From Azolla caroliniana (taxonomy: Eukaryota > Plantae > Polypodiophyta): a stretch of DNA of 64,000 nucleotides. Under the pieces are notes generated by a model. The model was not told where the DNA came from. It saw nothing but the letters and a program-made list of their open reading frames with translations, and did not search any database. Below, in pieces: positions 47,501 through 60,420 of this stretch. The position numbers were made by a program, and so were the translations under genes. The stretch's first letter is position 1. Every line of letters begins with the position of its first letter. The stretch is from positions 9,114,001 through 9,178,000 of the forward strand of contig JBHGNT010000021.1 of NCBI GenBank assembly GCA_043228905.1, given 5' to 3'.

Positions 47501-48343
47501 AATTCGAGTCCATGCGATGGAGAATCTATAGCTATCCAAACCGAGGTCCGCCATTAATTGAATATCCTCCTATAATTACATCACATTATATACCATGTAT
47601 TATTAGATCCTTAATTCTGACATTGTATACTTCCCTTCAACGACAACAAATAAATAAATAAAATTACATGGTAGTGATGATATTGATCACCACCATCATT
47701 CGGAGTAGTGTTATCCTCCACTATTCCTGCACAGAGATGAAATTATGAGCTCAAGTTTACATGTAGAACTAATCGAAACAGTATGTATATATATATGCAT
47801 TACCAAAACCTTAAACCCTAAACCCTAATCACCAATAATAGTAAAAAGCTTAATGAGGAGTTAGTGAGAGATGAATATATATATAAGAAGAAAATCAAGA
47901 GCACAAACCATCTTCTAGAGCAAAAGCATCCCAAGTGCTCACACTTTTACCATCAATGAAGGCAGCTCCTTCATGCTGTACAATATATTACACACAAATT
48001 TAGTTATGCGGGGTAAGCTTTACAAGATTAGAATCACAAGTTATGAAATCCATTAGAATACAAGCAATGTATACAAAATGTAGAATTATAAATTTGCTTA
48101 CACACACACATATATATATACCTTAAATGCCCATGTGAGGGCACCGAACTTAAAATCGTCGGGAAAGGCTCTCCGGTCGATGTAAGTATCGTTGGGGAAG
48201 CTATCATAATCCTCATCAATAATAATGCCATTACTGCTAGGCGGGGCTTTTAATCCCCATGATTCTATTGTTAAGCATGAGCAAAGGAAGAAGAAGAAGA
48301 AGAAGAAGAAGAAGGGCCATGGTAGTTGCTTAAGCAGAGCCAT
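44513..48343 (-). CDS. glycoside hydrolase family 1 (beta-glucosidase-like) protein, secreted, 527 aa, lacking the catalytic nucleophile
   Basis: Eleven GT-AG exons: 48343-48122, 47975-47909, 47726-47668, 47569-47494, 47284-47210, 47105-47018, 46820-46556, 46335-46005, 45883-45758, 44877-44793, 44702-44513 (1584 nt, phases consistent). Motifs [59 protein letters not shown]. Hydrophobic N-terminal signal peptide. Confidence 0.92.
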
Positions 48344-51300
48344 GTGTATTCAAGCTTGCTGAAGGACTACTAATAATGTTAGCCTTCCTTATTCTTAAAC
48401 CCCCACTACCACCACCACCACCATCGAGAGCTACAAACATAAATGTTGGAACTATAACAATGTCTCCTTCTCGTTTTCTTTTTGTCATCCCACACGAGAA
48501 GCATGTGCAAAATACACCCTTTCAGAATGACTCAGCACATTATGTACTTACTATATCACTTGTTTATTTATTTGTGATACCTTTTGTCCTTCAGTCAAGT
48601 ATAAATGTTATTTCATGCTACTTTTTGTTCTCATATACATAATGTGTTATGATCCATATGGATGATATTTTGCGATTGAAATCAGTGATTTTGACACATG
48701 GTCGTTTGGAGTTTATCCTCGTAAAATGGTACTCCACATAATTATGATATGGTCATTTGGTCGGTTGGAATTTATCCTCATCAAGATGGTACTAACATAT
48801 TTAAGTAAGAATGGCCCTTCATGCATAATTTATTATCAATGGCTCGTGTAGGCATGTTCATAGGTGATTTTAAATTGTTTCTCGATGCATCCCAAATGCT
48901 CCCAAATTGTTTGAGATCCATTGACTTTTAATGTTTTCAAGGTCGATGTATCGAAATGGTTGCATCAAGGTAAAAGTGATTTTATCTTTCAATCTACAGA
49001 ATATAAGCAAACTTGAAGTAGGATAACATGTATGTGATGCATGATGAGTCTTTTTTTCCTAAAGTTGCATCACATGTATGTGGTGTCATGCATAGAAACA
49101 TAATATTTGCATTTTTCATACTCTGTAAACAAATGCATGTGTTATGAAAACATACTTATGTTTTTTTTTATGTTTTCTTTTTGTATTTTTGAAAGATTCA
49201 CCTCCGTATATTACTTATAAACGGTACATGGAGAAAACAAAAGCAGACATTTCATCTCACTTCTATTGTGATATAAAGGTTAGTATAAGCATTTGATCAA
49301 GCACATGTTATCATATATGAAACAAGTAGAACAATAAAGATCAATTATGCAACATTAAAAGAAGGTATGTTTGTTTTCTTCGATGTTTTTAAATTTTTTT
49401 GTCACTTTTTAACCTTAGAAAAACATTTTGCTTTATAGTAAATAAGAAATACACAGGTATGGTATTTACCATACTCGAGTGATTGAAATATGCTCGAATG
49501 TGAATGCACGTATGGTACCTATGGTTCATATATGTCAGAATGCAATGTGATCTAGTGTTGGGCAGAGTTCTACAAGTGGTCTAATGTAAGTGTGTCACAG
49601 TGTTAGCTAGGGAATAACTTTATCTCATTAATGTGGGGGAGTGACAATAATGCTTTTGTCTAGGATTTAAAAAAATCTAAGACCTATCAGGTTCACATTT
49701 TTCAAAATTTTATTTAGTTATTTAACTTGGTACAATTTTTATTTTTGTAACAACTATGTATTTCTTATCTAAACTTTTTCTATTCTTTCTTTAGTTTTTT
49801 GCATAGTCTATACTACAAAATCTTGCAAATCACAATTGATTCTATTTGTCCCCATCCATGAATACCTTTGACCAATTGTTCCCATTGGCCAAGCCCAATA
49901 ATGTCTCATCAAGAGTAATTAAGTTATTAGATTACATGGCGTGTTCACATGGTTTGTCTAGGTTAGAACAACAATATTTATGTGACGAATATCAAGATAA
50001 GGTCCTGAAGGAACATTTATCTTGTACATCCCCTTTGGGCCAAATTAGCACGCTACAAACTTTTCATGGTCAGGAAAATGACAAGAAGGTTAATGAGCTT
50101 TATTTAGATGCTCTAAACATAAGCTTTGGCAATCATCTATAAATAAAAGATAGTAGAGTTGGTACTCAAAAATAAATGTGCGCACATGAGAAACAAAGAG
50201 AAAATGAGGACATATACTAATGTGGAGCCAATTGTGATGGAGGCTCTAATGCTAGTCAATGGTGGGCTCTAACGTACATTAGATAGAAAAACATCAATCT
50301 AAGACATGCTCAAATCAACGATTGGCCTATTTTGTTTGGCAAATCGATTTTGGATCAATTGGCGAAAGGTCTTTGAGGAATAATAGTTCGATCATTGATT
50401 TCCTCAGCAGAGCCGCCGTTCTTGAACAACAAGACTAAAACAACCATTTGACCAATAGGAACCGAAAAGAAAACACAGAGAACATATGCAAACAACGAGA
50501 AAAATAGAGAAAACTGATAGAAAAAGAGAATTCATAAATAGTGAAAGAAAAGCCGGAAAGATACGTACTTCAGAGTGGAGTAGCGAATAGTAGATGTCAT
50601 GCAATAGGGAGCAATGAATAACGAGCGAGCATGGAGGAGAAATGGGCAACGAATGAACAAGGATCCACAAGGAGCAGCAAAGAAGGAAGCATAGCGAACA
50701 AAGAACAGACAAGGAGCCACGAGCAATGCGGAGAAGGAACTGAGAGGGAGCAATGAGCAACGCAAAGGAATAGAGAGGGAGCAGTGAGCAACATGAAGAA
50801 GGAAAGCTATGGGAAAAACAAGGGGAAATGGGGGGGGAACTTAAAAGAAAAACTTTATAAAGTTTTTCTAATCTATATTAATAGCTGGTTCATAAAATAT
50901 GAACTGGCTAGATTCCAGCTTGTTGGAAAACCTTGTTGGAATCAATTCCGGCTGTTCCTCATGGTGGCGAGCAAAAGTCCCAATTCAACCGGAACATTAA
51001 CACTGTTCCTGGGACTTTGCCCAACACTGCTTGTGACACTTGCTTTCTCTCTCTATGCTTTTATTCTAGAAGGCTCGATGACAAATACACGTAGTTCTTG
51101 CCAATACTTCTAAGGTCCTTTGCCGAGCTAAATCCTACATACGTACAATGAGGTCCTAGAGGTTAATTCATTAATACATTTCCAAATAAGAGATCAAGTC
51201 ATATTTAATAAAACACCAATGTTATTACATAGAATGTTCTATCACAAAGTCATAGAACACATTGTGATATTTCACAAGAACAACTATAAATTTCAGTGAC

Positions 51301-51749
51301 ACATCCAAGATAGTAGAACATGCATAATTACCATAATTGCATATAATCTGAAAGCAACACAATTAATGAATGTAGACAATCTAGTGAAGTGTGTGTTTTC
51401 TCTTATTTTGTGTTTTGATTGAAGTAAAAATGCCATCTATATATTTGCCAAGTCATTGATGATTCTACGTAGCAATAATTTATGTGTCACATGTAGAGAT
51501 TCTTGTGATAGCACACAAGGCTTAAAAAATTGAAGTAAAGATTGAAGCTATAAGTAGGAACCCTAGCAAATATGAAACAAACTAGATACTTGTAGATTCA
51601 TGTACTCTCATAAATGTATTGCTAGCCTCCAAATCTACTCATAACCTCCAAAGCATGAATCATAGATTCATATACTCTCATATAGATTTAAGTAAAGAAA
51701 TTTAATCTCATAATAGCCGAAACATGAATCCTAGCAAATATGAAAGAAA

Positions 51750-52035
51750 CTGATTGCTTGGCCGGAAAGCAGATCAGAACCTCCTTCCAATGAAGATCCC
51801 CGCTGAGAACAAAGGCACCGCTGGAACAAAGGACGTATGCTACGTAGATAAGAACTCACATGTTGGTTCACAATATTTTGTGACCTTTAGTGATGAATGT
51901 AGCCAGAAGTTGTGGGCTTCTATTCTGAAGATGAAGAGCTGAGTATTATTTGTCTTCAAGGAGTTCCATGCGAGGGCAGAAAGAGAAACCAACCGGAAGT
52001 TGAAAGTGGTTCGAGCAAATAATGGAGGAGAATAT
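51750..52035 (+). pseudogene. old copia integrase remnant (D-like), target of A2
   Basis: DCLAGKQ.RTSF...SQYFVTFSDE...KLKVVRANNGGEY, broken at the A2 LTR. Confidence 0.75.
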
Positions 52036-52559
52036 TGTTACCGGTTAGGAACACGTGCCACCCTCAATCCTTCGGGGTAGCTTACAAGGTGATCGTGGTG
52101 CAAGTAAATAGAGTTGCGTAGTGCAGGATTCATAGGACGTCAAGAGGAGACAACTACAACCTAGCCTCCTTGGGGCGTAGCACCCAACACGTACTTACCT
52201 TGGGTTTACTGTAACACCGTCTTCTACAAAGACGAGACACGGAAACAAGACACCGATAGAATAATGGACAGGGCACCAAGATCAGAGAAGATAAACTATA
52301 TTAAAATGACACTCTCAGAATACACTAGCTCTTTACAATGGTCTCTCGCCCTTTATATACACAAGGCTTACACTCGGTAACACTCCCTGCATACAACCGT
52401 TACCTGTGTTACTTTAACACTCCTAATATAATACTCTATTATTCATGCATTATGTACGACGGTTACAATTCTGACGGACAACACCTGGCATGCCTGTGGG
52501 ACAATGCCATGGCACATTGAACCCACACGGTTCGTATTCGTCGCCCAAAATGTTGAGTA

Positions 52560-54205
52560 TGTTCGGCTCTATTCATTGGTCATGCCCCAGGGGCGACGTG
52601 AGGTCCATAGGTGCTTCGTTGGTATGCTCAATCAGTGCGTCAGTTCCTCATCATGCGGCTCCGTTAGTTCGCTATGCGCCGGAGGCGACGTGATGTCCGT
52701 AGGTGCTTTGTCGTTCGTTTTGACTGGTACGTTGGTTTCCACGTTGACTTCTTCATGCAACATCATTGTGGTACACTCTCTGAGACATTTCCTTGTGGCT
52801 CCGGCGAGGGCTCTTCCTGGCGTGGGCAGGCATCCGGTTGCTGCTCCTCTCCACTAGTAACGTCCTCGAGGTGGCTTGGTGTAGTTATTTCCTCCGCACG
52901 TCAATTGGGTTAGGTTGGGGCTCGTTTTGTTCAGTGGAGTCTTTGTCTGGTACTGTTATTGCCTCTGCCCTTTGGCTCTTGCTACTGAGCTCCATTAACT
53001 GGTGGAAGATATCTTCCTGACTTTCCCCGAAATCGTCTAGCAATTGCGTGAGTTCTTCACAGTACTGGTTAGCGAGCGTTTGATAATCCTGTGTGAGGTC
53101 CTCTCGTACCATTGCAATGCTCTCCTCATGGAGTTTGTAGAAGCCTCTGGCCTCTTTGCGGCGTTTCTCCCAGTCCGCCCGGTAAGTGTGCAATTCCACT
53201 ACTTGCGTAGTCCACACTGCCCATCCTTTGTCTAACGTTGTTTTCAATTGCGTTGTAAACCGCTCACGATTTGTTTGAAGGAGTACGCGTACATTGTCCG
53301 TTATCGTTTGGACGCGGGCTTGCGCTTATTCCAGGGCCTTCTTGAGGTTTTCAATTTTACGCTTATTGACCGTCATTGCTTCCTCATAATAGCTCTTCGT
53401 TTTTGCCCAAATCTGAGACCCTTTTAAATGTAGTTCTTCGAGCCGTCCCATTTCATTGTTCAGTCGGAATTTTACCTGGTGCATCTGTTCACGTTCACGT
53501 ACTATCTGTTCGTCGTACCACGCTTTCTTCCTTTCTATTAACTTGTGAAGCCCTGCAATGACGACCTCTGTCTTCTTTGATTCCCCTTGCAACTTTCTCT
53601 TTTCTTCTTTTGTGCTGCTATGGGCTGCTATCTCTGCGTCAAGCTTCTCCTCAAGTGCTTTGGTCGCCCTTCTTCCTTTGGCCCTAATATCCCTTTTCGC
53701 TTTTGCGGCTATGGCGGTTTGAGCTTCAACCTCCTCCTGTAGAGTGTTCAATTCGGTATCGGGGGGGGGGGGGGGGAGGAGGGGTAGGTTCGGGGATATG
53801 TTGCGCTATCATCGTCTTGTTTTCTAATTGCACAATGCACTCTTGTGCCTTCTATAGTTGGTCTTGACTCAACTTGACTGTCTTCCAGAGATTTTTATTT
53901 TTAATAGCCTTCCAGAAAAAAAGGATCCGGGATTTTCTTTGTTTTGTATGCCTTGGTGCATGTCAAGTATTGTCCAAGATACCTCTCCAGTTCGTTCGAT
54001 GGAGGTATTTTGAAGTGCTTCTTGCCTGTTGCAGACACACACAATTTCTTCCGGATACTAGGATTCGTTACCGTGTCGATGTTGAGCTTCTTGGCGATGT
54101 CTAGCACATCGTCGTGCGGTGGCACTTCTGCTACCCAGATGTACCCCTCAAACCCCATTTCCAGGAGCCACCCACGCAAGGCTGCCGAGATGATGATTGG
54201 CATCG
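52560..54205 (-). pseudogene. extra ORF of A2, homologous to 6614-9391
   Basis: LRGWLLEMGFEGY vs LRAWLTRHGLGGY; EEVEAQTAIA vs EELVAQTSIA; RGFYKLHEESI..VREDLT vs RGYFKMDESSI..LQEDLT. Confidence 0.7.
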
Positions 54206-55133
54206 TGGGTGGACAGGGTTTGTGCGGGGAGAGTTGGATGGGTGAAGCACGTGAGCTGCACTGTACGTGGTGCCTACGATATGCAGGAGAGCGAGGAGAA
54301 CGAGGAGCACGAGGGGCGCGAGGAGAACGAGGAGAGTAGATGGCAGGAGGTTGTTTTCTGTAATGTGCAGAAAACCTTCTGTTTCCTTCTTTTTGTTTAT
54401 TAGGGCTCATAGGCCTGTGTGACATCGTGGTGACACGTGTTCTTGGTTTTGGGACTTGTGCATGCATAAAGTCCTTTTAATAGTCATGAATATCTTCTCT
54501 TTTTTTCCTTTTCCTAAACCCTAAACCGTAAACGGTTACTGGTACAACATTACTGTTACATTTGTTACCCGTGGGTCCCGGTCACTGCTTACTGTGGGAT
54601 CCATCTGTTGTGTCTATTATGACAAGAAACGGGTTTGGGGGCATAGATCCTAGGTAAGGATTCAGTCCAAATCCGTTCACGTTTTGGCGTAACACTTCTC
54701 TGGCGAGTGTACCTAACTGAAAGGTCTCATTTTCCGCCCCAATTATCCAGTACGACCATGTCCAGTGGAATCGCAACTTTCTAGGCATTGGCCCCATGCG
54801 CGTTTGAAAGACTAGTACGACTTTCGCAACCTTGAAGTCTTTCTCTTGTCTGTCCCAATGTTGATCTACAAACGCCTTACGCCATCACTGCTCTTGCTCT
54901 AATATGGCCATGTTGCGGACCCGAGCTTCGCCTAGTTCGAGCAGTTGTTGCAGCCGGATTTGCTCGGATTGGCCTTCCGTCAATCTGTCGCGTACTTGAA
55001 TCCTTAAAATGGGCACCTGGAATTCGATGGGCATTATGGTGTCTAACCAAAACGCTAACCGGAAAGGCGTGGACTGTATACTTGTTTTGTAACTCGTTTG
55101 GTATGCCCACAACGTACTGTGTAGCTTTGTGTC

Positions 55134-57432
55134 TGTAAAAGATTAAGTGCGGAAGCGTCAGACAAACCGGCCTAGCCGAGTAGCAACAGAGAGAGATTAT
55201 CACACAAAGAGAGATTATCAACTTGAGGTCAGATCGTAGTGTCAGTTCGGCTAACCAACTCCCTAGCTCACCGGCTTGCTTGCTCACCGGCTCACCGATC
55301 GGGCTCAGGCTTATTCAGCCGATCCAGATCCGGTTGACCTTGCCGCTCAACACTCTCCCTCAAGCTCAACTTGAGGTCGGATCGTAGTGTCAGTCTCCAT
55401 GGCAGTGGGTGCTTCCACCTGGCTCCTTCTGGCGTCACTTCGCCTCGCTCGCGCTCCTCGTTCGGTCCAGTCCCGGTTGCCACGACCCTTCTAATTCTGC
55501 GCACCTCGACCTCCTCGGTCGGCTTGTCTGCTCAACAGGCCCAATTCAGCTCCCTCCCTGTTGTGTCTTCGGCGCGTGCCGATTCACCAATTCCTTCGTG
55601 TTGGCGTCGACTTTCGTTGCCTTCTCGTCCTCTTGGCCTTGAATTGATCTGATTCTTCCGAATTCGTCTGTTGAATCGAATCGACTGTCTCCGATTCGTT
55701 CTAGCTCTTGTCCGAGTCGGTTTCTCCCGATTTGTCTTTCAGTTCCACGCCCTTCACCACATCGGACCATGTCCGAGTCTTGGCCATCTTCTTCTGGTCG
55801 GTTCTGTTCTTCTTAACTCTACCGCTGCTGCCGCTTGTTCCGACATGTTCGGATGTGTCAACTTCCTTTGTTGACTCGGCTCCTTCCTTCTTCTTGTCTC
55901 CCCCTTTGTCGGTTCTTCCCTTATCGGCGCAATCGACTATTTCTTTGCCTTTGCCTGTTTTGGTGTCTTTGCCCGTTCTCCCCCTCAAGTGTGGCACGTC
56001 GAGATGATAAACACCAAGCATTTCGGTGAAGTGCTGCAACTTGTCCGATCTAAGCGGTTTGGTGAAGATGTTGGCAACTTGCCGACCCGTATGAACATAC
56101 CGAAGTTTGACTTCACCGCTCAGGACACGCTCACGCACGAAGTGGTAGTGCACTTCTATGTGCTTTGTGCAAGCATGGAATACGGGGTTCTTGACGAGTT
56201 GCATACTGCTTATGTTGTCGTAGTAGATCAGGATCAGGGTCGACACCTTGATTTGTAGGTCTTGTAGTAGTCGTCGAAGCCAAATGGCTTCACAGGTAGC
56301 AACGGTAGCGCCCCGGTATTCAGCCTCAGTGCTCAAAAGGGCCACTGTTGGCTGCTTTTTGCTGCTCCACGTAACAACCGCTCTACCAAGGGAAAACATA
56401 TAGCCGGAGGTGGACCGGCGATCCGATGCATCGCCGGCCTAGTCGGCATCGGTGTAGCCGACTAGCTCTTTGGTTATACCATGCTAGTATAACAATCCTT
56501 GGTCCTTAGTGCTACTCACATATCGCAAAATTTGATGCGCACACAAACGGTGCTCCACGGTCGGCTTCTGCATATATTGGTTGATCACGCCAACTGGATA
56601 ACTCATGTCGAGTCGGGTGATTGTTAAATATATAAGGCTTCTGACGATTTGTTGGAACCGCTTCTCATCGTAGGCCGGTCCAGAGTCGGGATGGAGCTTC
56701 TGATTCTGGTCCAGGGGTGTGGAGATCAGTCGGCATTCTGTCATGCCAAACTTGTACAACATATTCAACACATAGTGTCGTTGTGAGAGCAGTATGCCGT
56801 CGGGGGTTCGGATCACCTCGATCCCAAGGAAACAGTGAAGGTCCCCCATGTCCTTCATCTCAAATGCGTCTGACAACTCGGACTTGACTCGGTTGACTTC
56901 ATCGAGTCTGGGTCCGGTGATGACTAGATCATCAACATACAACAAGATGCAAACCGGAACGTCCGGACCTTGCCGGATGAACAACGAAGAGTCGGATTTG
57001 GAAGCCGCAAACCCCATCTTATGCAACCGGTGCGTGATCTTCATATTCCAAGCTCGGTGGGGTTCCTTCAGGCCATAGATTGACTTCTTCAGCCGGCATA
57101 CCGCTGACTTGTTCATCTTTGTCTGGAAACCGGGAGGTTGGGTCATAAAGACCTCTTCTTCAAGATCGCCTTGAAGAAATGCATTCTTGATGTCCATCTG
57201 GTGAAGATGCCACCCTCTTGCTGCAACAATTGCCAGTACCACCCGAACCGTCATCATCTTCGCTACCGGAGTGAAGGTCTCGTCGTAGTCGATTCCGTGG
57301 GTCTGCGCATATCCCTTCGCCACTAACCGGGCCTTGTACCGGTTAACCGAACCGTCGGCATTGTACTTTACCTTGTACACCTACTTACATCCGATCGGTT
57401 TACAGTGTTGGTGAGCATCAACGAGGTCCCAC
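55134..57432 (-). mobile_element. Ty1/copia 'I2', 3' part (RT, RNase H, 3' LTR 55134-55352), same family as I1, inserted in the A2 integrase
   Basis: ORFs 56484-57380 (LYVDDL) and 55701-56399 closely match I1. PPT near 55353-55362; LTR TGTTGAG...TTTTACA. Confidence 0.9.
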
Positions 57433-60420
57433 GGGGCTTGCTTGACCAGCCGAATGAACCCTGCTTCCAACAGTTTGTCAATTTCCTCTTTTACACAAGC
57501 CGCGTAATTTGGGTTCATTCGGTAGCGTCACTACTGCACAGGTTTCGCGTCGATGGACAAGTTGATCTTGTGCTGATAAAATTCCAGATCCAACCCTTTC
57601 ATGTCCTCATGTGCCCATGCGAAAACATCCCTATATTCCCGGAGCAGTTCTGCTATTGTTGTCTTCTCACCCGAGGTCAGATCCCTAGCAATTGAGAGTA
57701 GTTGTGGTACCTCTATCGTTCTAATGTTGACTTCTTCTAATGTAGAAGCGGTGAAGCAACGCGAGATTTCCATTTCTTTTTTGAACGCTTCTCGCACCCT
57801 ACTTAACTCTATTATCAACTCAGAATCATACTCATACTCCTGCTCTTGAAGCGTAATGGTTGGGGTGTACTCCGCCGCGATTTCCAATACGTCAAGTTCG
57901 AATAATGGCACAATCCGCGGGTTTTCATCGAGGTATGCCTCAAGCTCAGTATCATCCAATCCTTCCAGCATATTAATATCTTCGGCATATAATGGCGTGA
58001 TGCCCTTGGTTGGTGCTGCCGTCTCCTGTGTAGAGACACGGACTTTGTTGCAGCTTCGTCAGAAGTTGATACAGTTATGCCGCCAATTCTGTTTGATGTT
58101 GGCAGAGTGTAACCATGGTCTGTCCAGTAGAATTGGATACGCCCCCAGAGCATCTAATGCGAGTACCACGACAGAGATGTTAAGGTGATGGCCTCCGACG
58201 ACAATTCCTAATTTCCGAATTAACTTGAGGGGCCTGATGGAACGGGTGTCCGCCATACGGAGCCAGAAAGGGCATGCTTCCAAATATGTAATGCCCCGTC
58301 GAGTACACGTGTTTGTACTAATGACGTTTACGCTAGAGCCCCCATCGACGATGCATCCCGGTATTTCTTGGCCCTTCAGTACTAATTTAATGGCCGGGTT
58401 ATGGTGATCTACTACTACCGAGCCGGTACTAGACTCCGCGAAATTGGCCAAGACATCTAATCTGGTTGTGCCTCGTAAACGATTCTCCACTACCTGTCAG
58501 AATTGTGGAACCAAACGGAGGAGCTTATCCATGGGCAACATTATTTGACAGTCTGCCAATGCTTGCGATATGGGGTCTGGTGCTAATGTGTTTTCGTCCT
58601 TCTGTAAGCAGGCGTTCGCTGGTTCTAGTTTGATACGCTTCACATTCACCGCATTTGCTTTTTCCACCCAAGCATGGGCTTCTTTGCGTATCTCATCTTG
58701 TTCTACCCATTCTGTGTTTTTCACCTATTGCCGTGTTGTGACTTGTTGGATTTCTACCGTGATTGTACTGATGGCTGGTTCCTTACCTTTGTGACACGGA
58801 CACTACGTCGCGTAATGCCCGGGCTACTGGCACACAAAACAATGTATGCTTGACTCACCTCGGTGGTGTATTGGTTTCTACCGGTACGGCTTGCTCTTCC
58901 CGAGGTTTTTGAATTCGCCTGTTGTTCCGGGGTTGTGTACAATATTCTTATCGCGGCGCTAGGCGTTCTTCATCTTTAGAACTCTCCTCATAACGACATT
59001 GGTCCCTGGACGAGATCCGTTGAATCTTCCACGATTGTTGGTGGGTTGTTGATCGTCGTAGCAACACCCCTCCTGATTGTAACGGTTGGTATTTCGGTAC
59101 TCTTCCTCTTCCTGCTCTTCTTTGTCGGAATACGGGTTGTTGTTACGGTGGTGACGGTATTGGCATTCCGTTCTTGGATTTCAGTCTGTATACTAGGGAC
59201 GCTCCTCATGCTGGCCTTGGTAATTCTTGCAAAATTTCCGTTGTGGCTTCATACGGCGTACTACCGATATGTGCCTATTCAACATATTGTACTCACATTG
59301 CTCCATTGTGTGTGCTCGTGAATGGCAAATGGGGCAATGTATTGTCATATGACATTCTACCGTGGTTTAAATAGATTGTGCACTGAATGGCCTGTCGGAA
59401 TCGTTGTTCCTCTTCTCGGGGCAACACTTGCCGTAGCGATGCCATGGACAGTCCTTCATCTTCCTCCTCTAACTCAAGCTGTAATGCTCGCTCGATGACC
59501 ATATCTGACGTCTCCCCTTTCACACTGTGCGTGTTCAGCGTGGTCCAGATAGGCCGTCTTAGAGTTGCCAAAAACATTTCCTTGGCCTCTTCATCTGTTG
59601 GGGCCCGTGTAAGGTTCCGTCGTAGACTCTAGAAACACATAGTGAAATCTGCTACGAATTCTGTGGGAAGTTGCTTGATGGTATAGAACTACCCGATTAT
59701 TTCACGTTGTGGCACCCTCCGATGAAAAAATCACAAGAACACCGATTGCAATTGGTTGAAGCTTGTGATTGCTGCCAAATCTATCTAGGAATGCCAGCAC
59801 GAAGCCCGACCGTCCAAAGTTAACCCGAACTTGGCGATCTTCAAAGCGTGAGCTTCCGCGTCTGGAAATTGTTGTGTGATGTGATTAGCATTCCAAACAT
59901 TGAGGAATGACTGTATGTGGCTTGCAACATTGGTTTCTCCATTAAAGCGGGGGTATGAGAAAGCCATTCCAGTTGCGATGGTGACTGTCAACCAACGAAG
60001 GTTACTAACCCCGCGGTGTGGGCTACTGTGGTGTTTCTTCACACTACTTTGGTCATGTGGCAATCAGACTTCGTGATCGAAGCCGCTATGTTCAGTGAGC
60101 GTGCAGTCTACCATGTACTCCTGAAAAGAGGAGATGTGGTCGTTGAGGCGGGGTTTCCGCGTAGCGCATTCTTCTGTCTGTTTGGTGATGGATCTAGTTA
60201 GTGGTTGATATTGTCACGTAGGTTTTCTGATACGTCGGCAACTAGACATCCATTCCTTGCTTGCTCGGCTGCGAGGATTCACAGACCACCAAGTGTGCCA
60301 AAAGTGTTACTGGTTGGGAACATGTGCCACTCTCAGTCCTTCGGGGTAGCTTACAAGGTGATCGTGGTGCAAGGAAATAGAGATGCGTAGTGGGGGATTA
60401 GTAGGGCGTAAGGAGGAGAC

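Larger units (their letters stand above)
52036..60420 (-). mobile_element. Ty3/gypsy element 'A2' (A family), degenerate, internally deleted, 5' LTR interrupted by D2
   Basis: 3' LTR at 52036-52503, 5' LTR part at 60305-60420 (repeat of 52036-52151), PBS-like TGGCACACTTGGTGG near 60286-60300. gag ~58900-60060, protease IVDGGSSVNVI at 58059-58490, RT start ~57432-57600, IN C-terminus 54600-55133. Confidence 0.88.

Noticed and set aside
47812-47828. TAAACCCTAAACCCTAA telomere-like repeat in GH1 intron 2 (also ~54515)
   Set aside because: Only two or three units; a common telo-box-type motif, not a telomeric array.
49846-50290. Possible Ulp1-like or DNA-transposon remnant (FVPIH-like stretch, 98-aa ORF)
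   Set aside because: Too short and degenerate; I could not identify a catalytic motif or terminal inverted repeats.
50404-50830. Hydrophobic Leu/Ser/Cys-rich ORFs upstream of the GH1 gene
   Set aside because: Low-complexity translation of a purine-skewed tract; no homology recognised.
53759-53785. Poly-G run in A2 as a G-quadruplex signal
   Set aside because: Single occurrence next to an internal deletion in a Pro-rich coding stretch; absent from A1.
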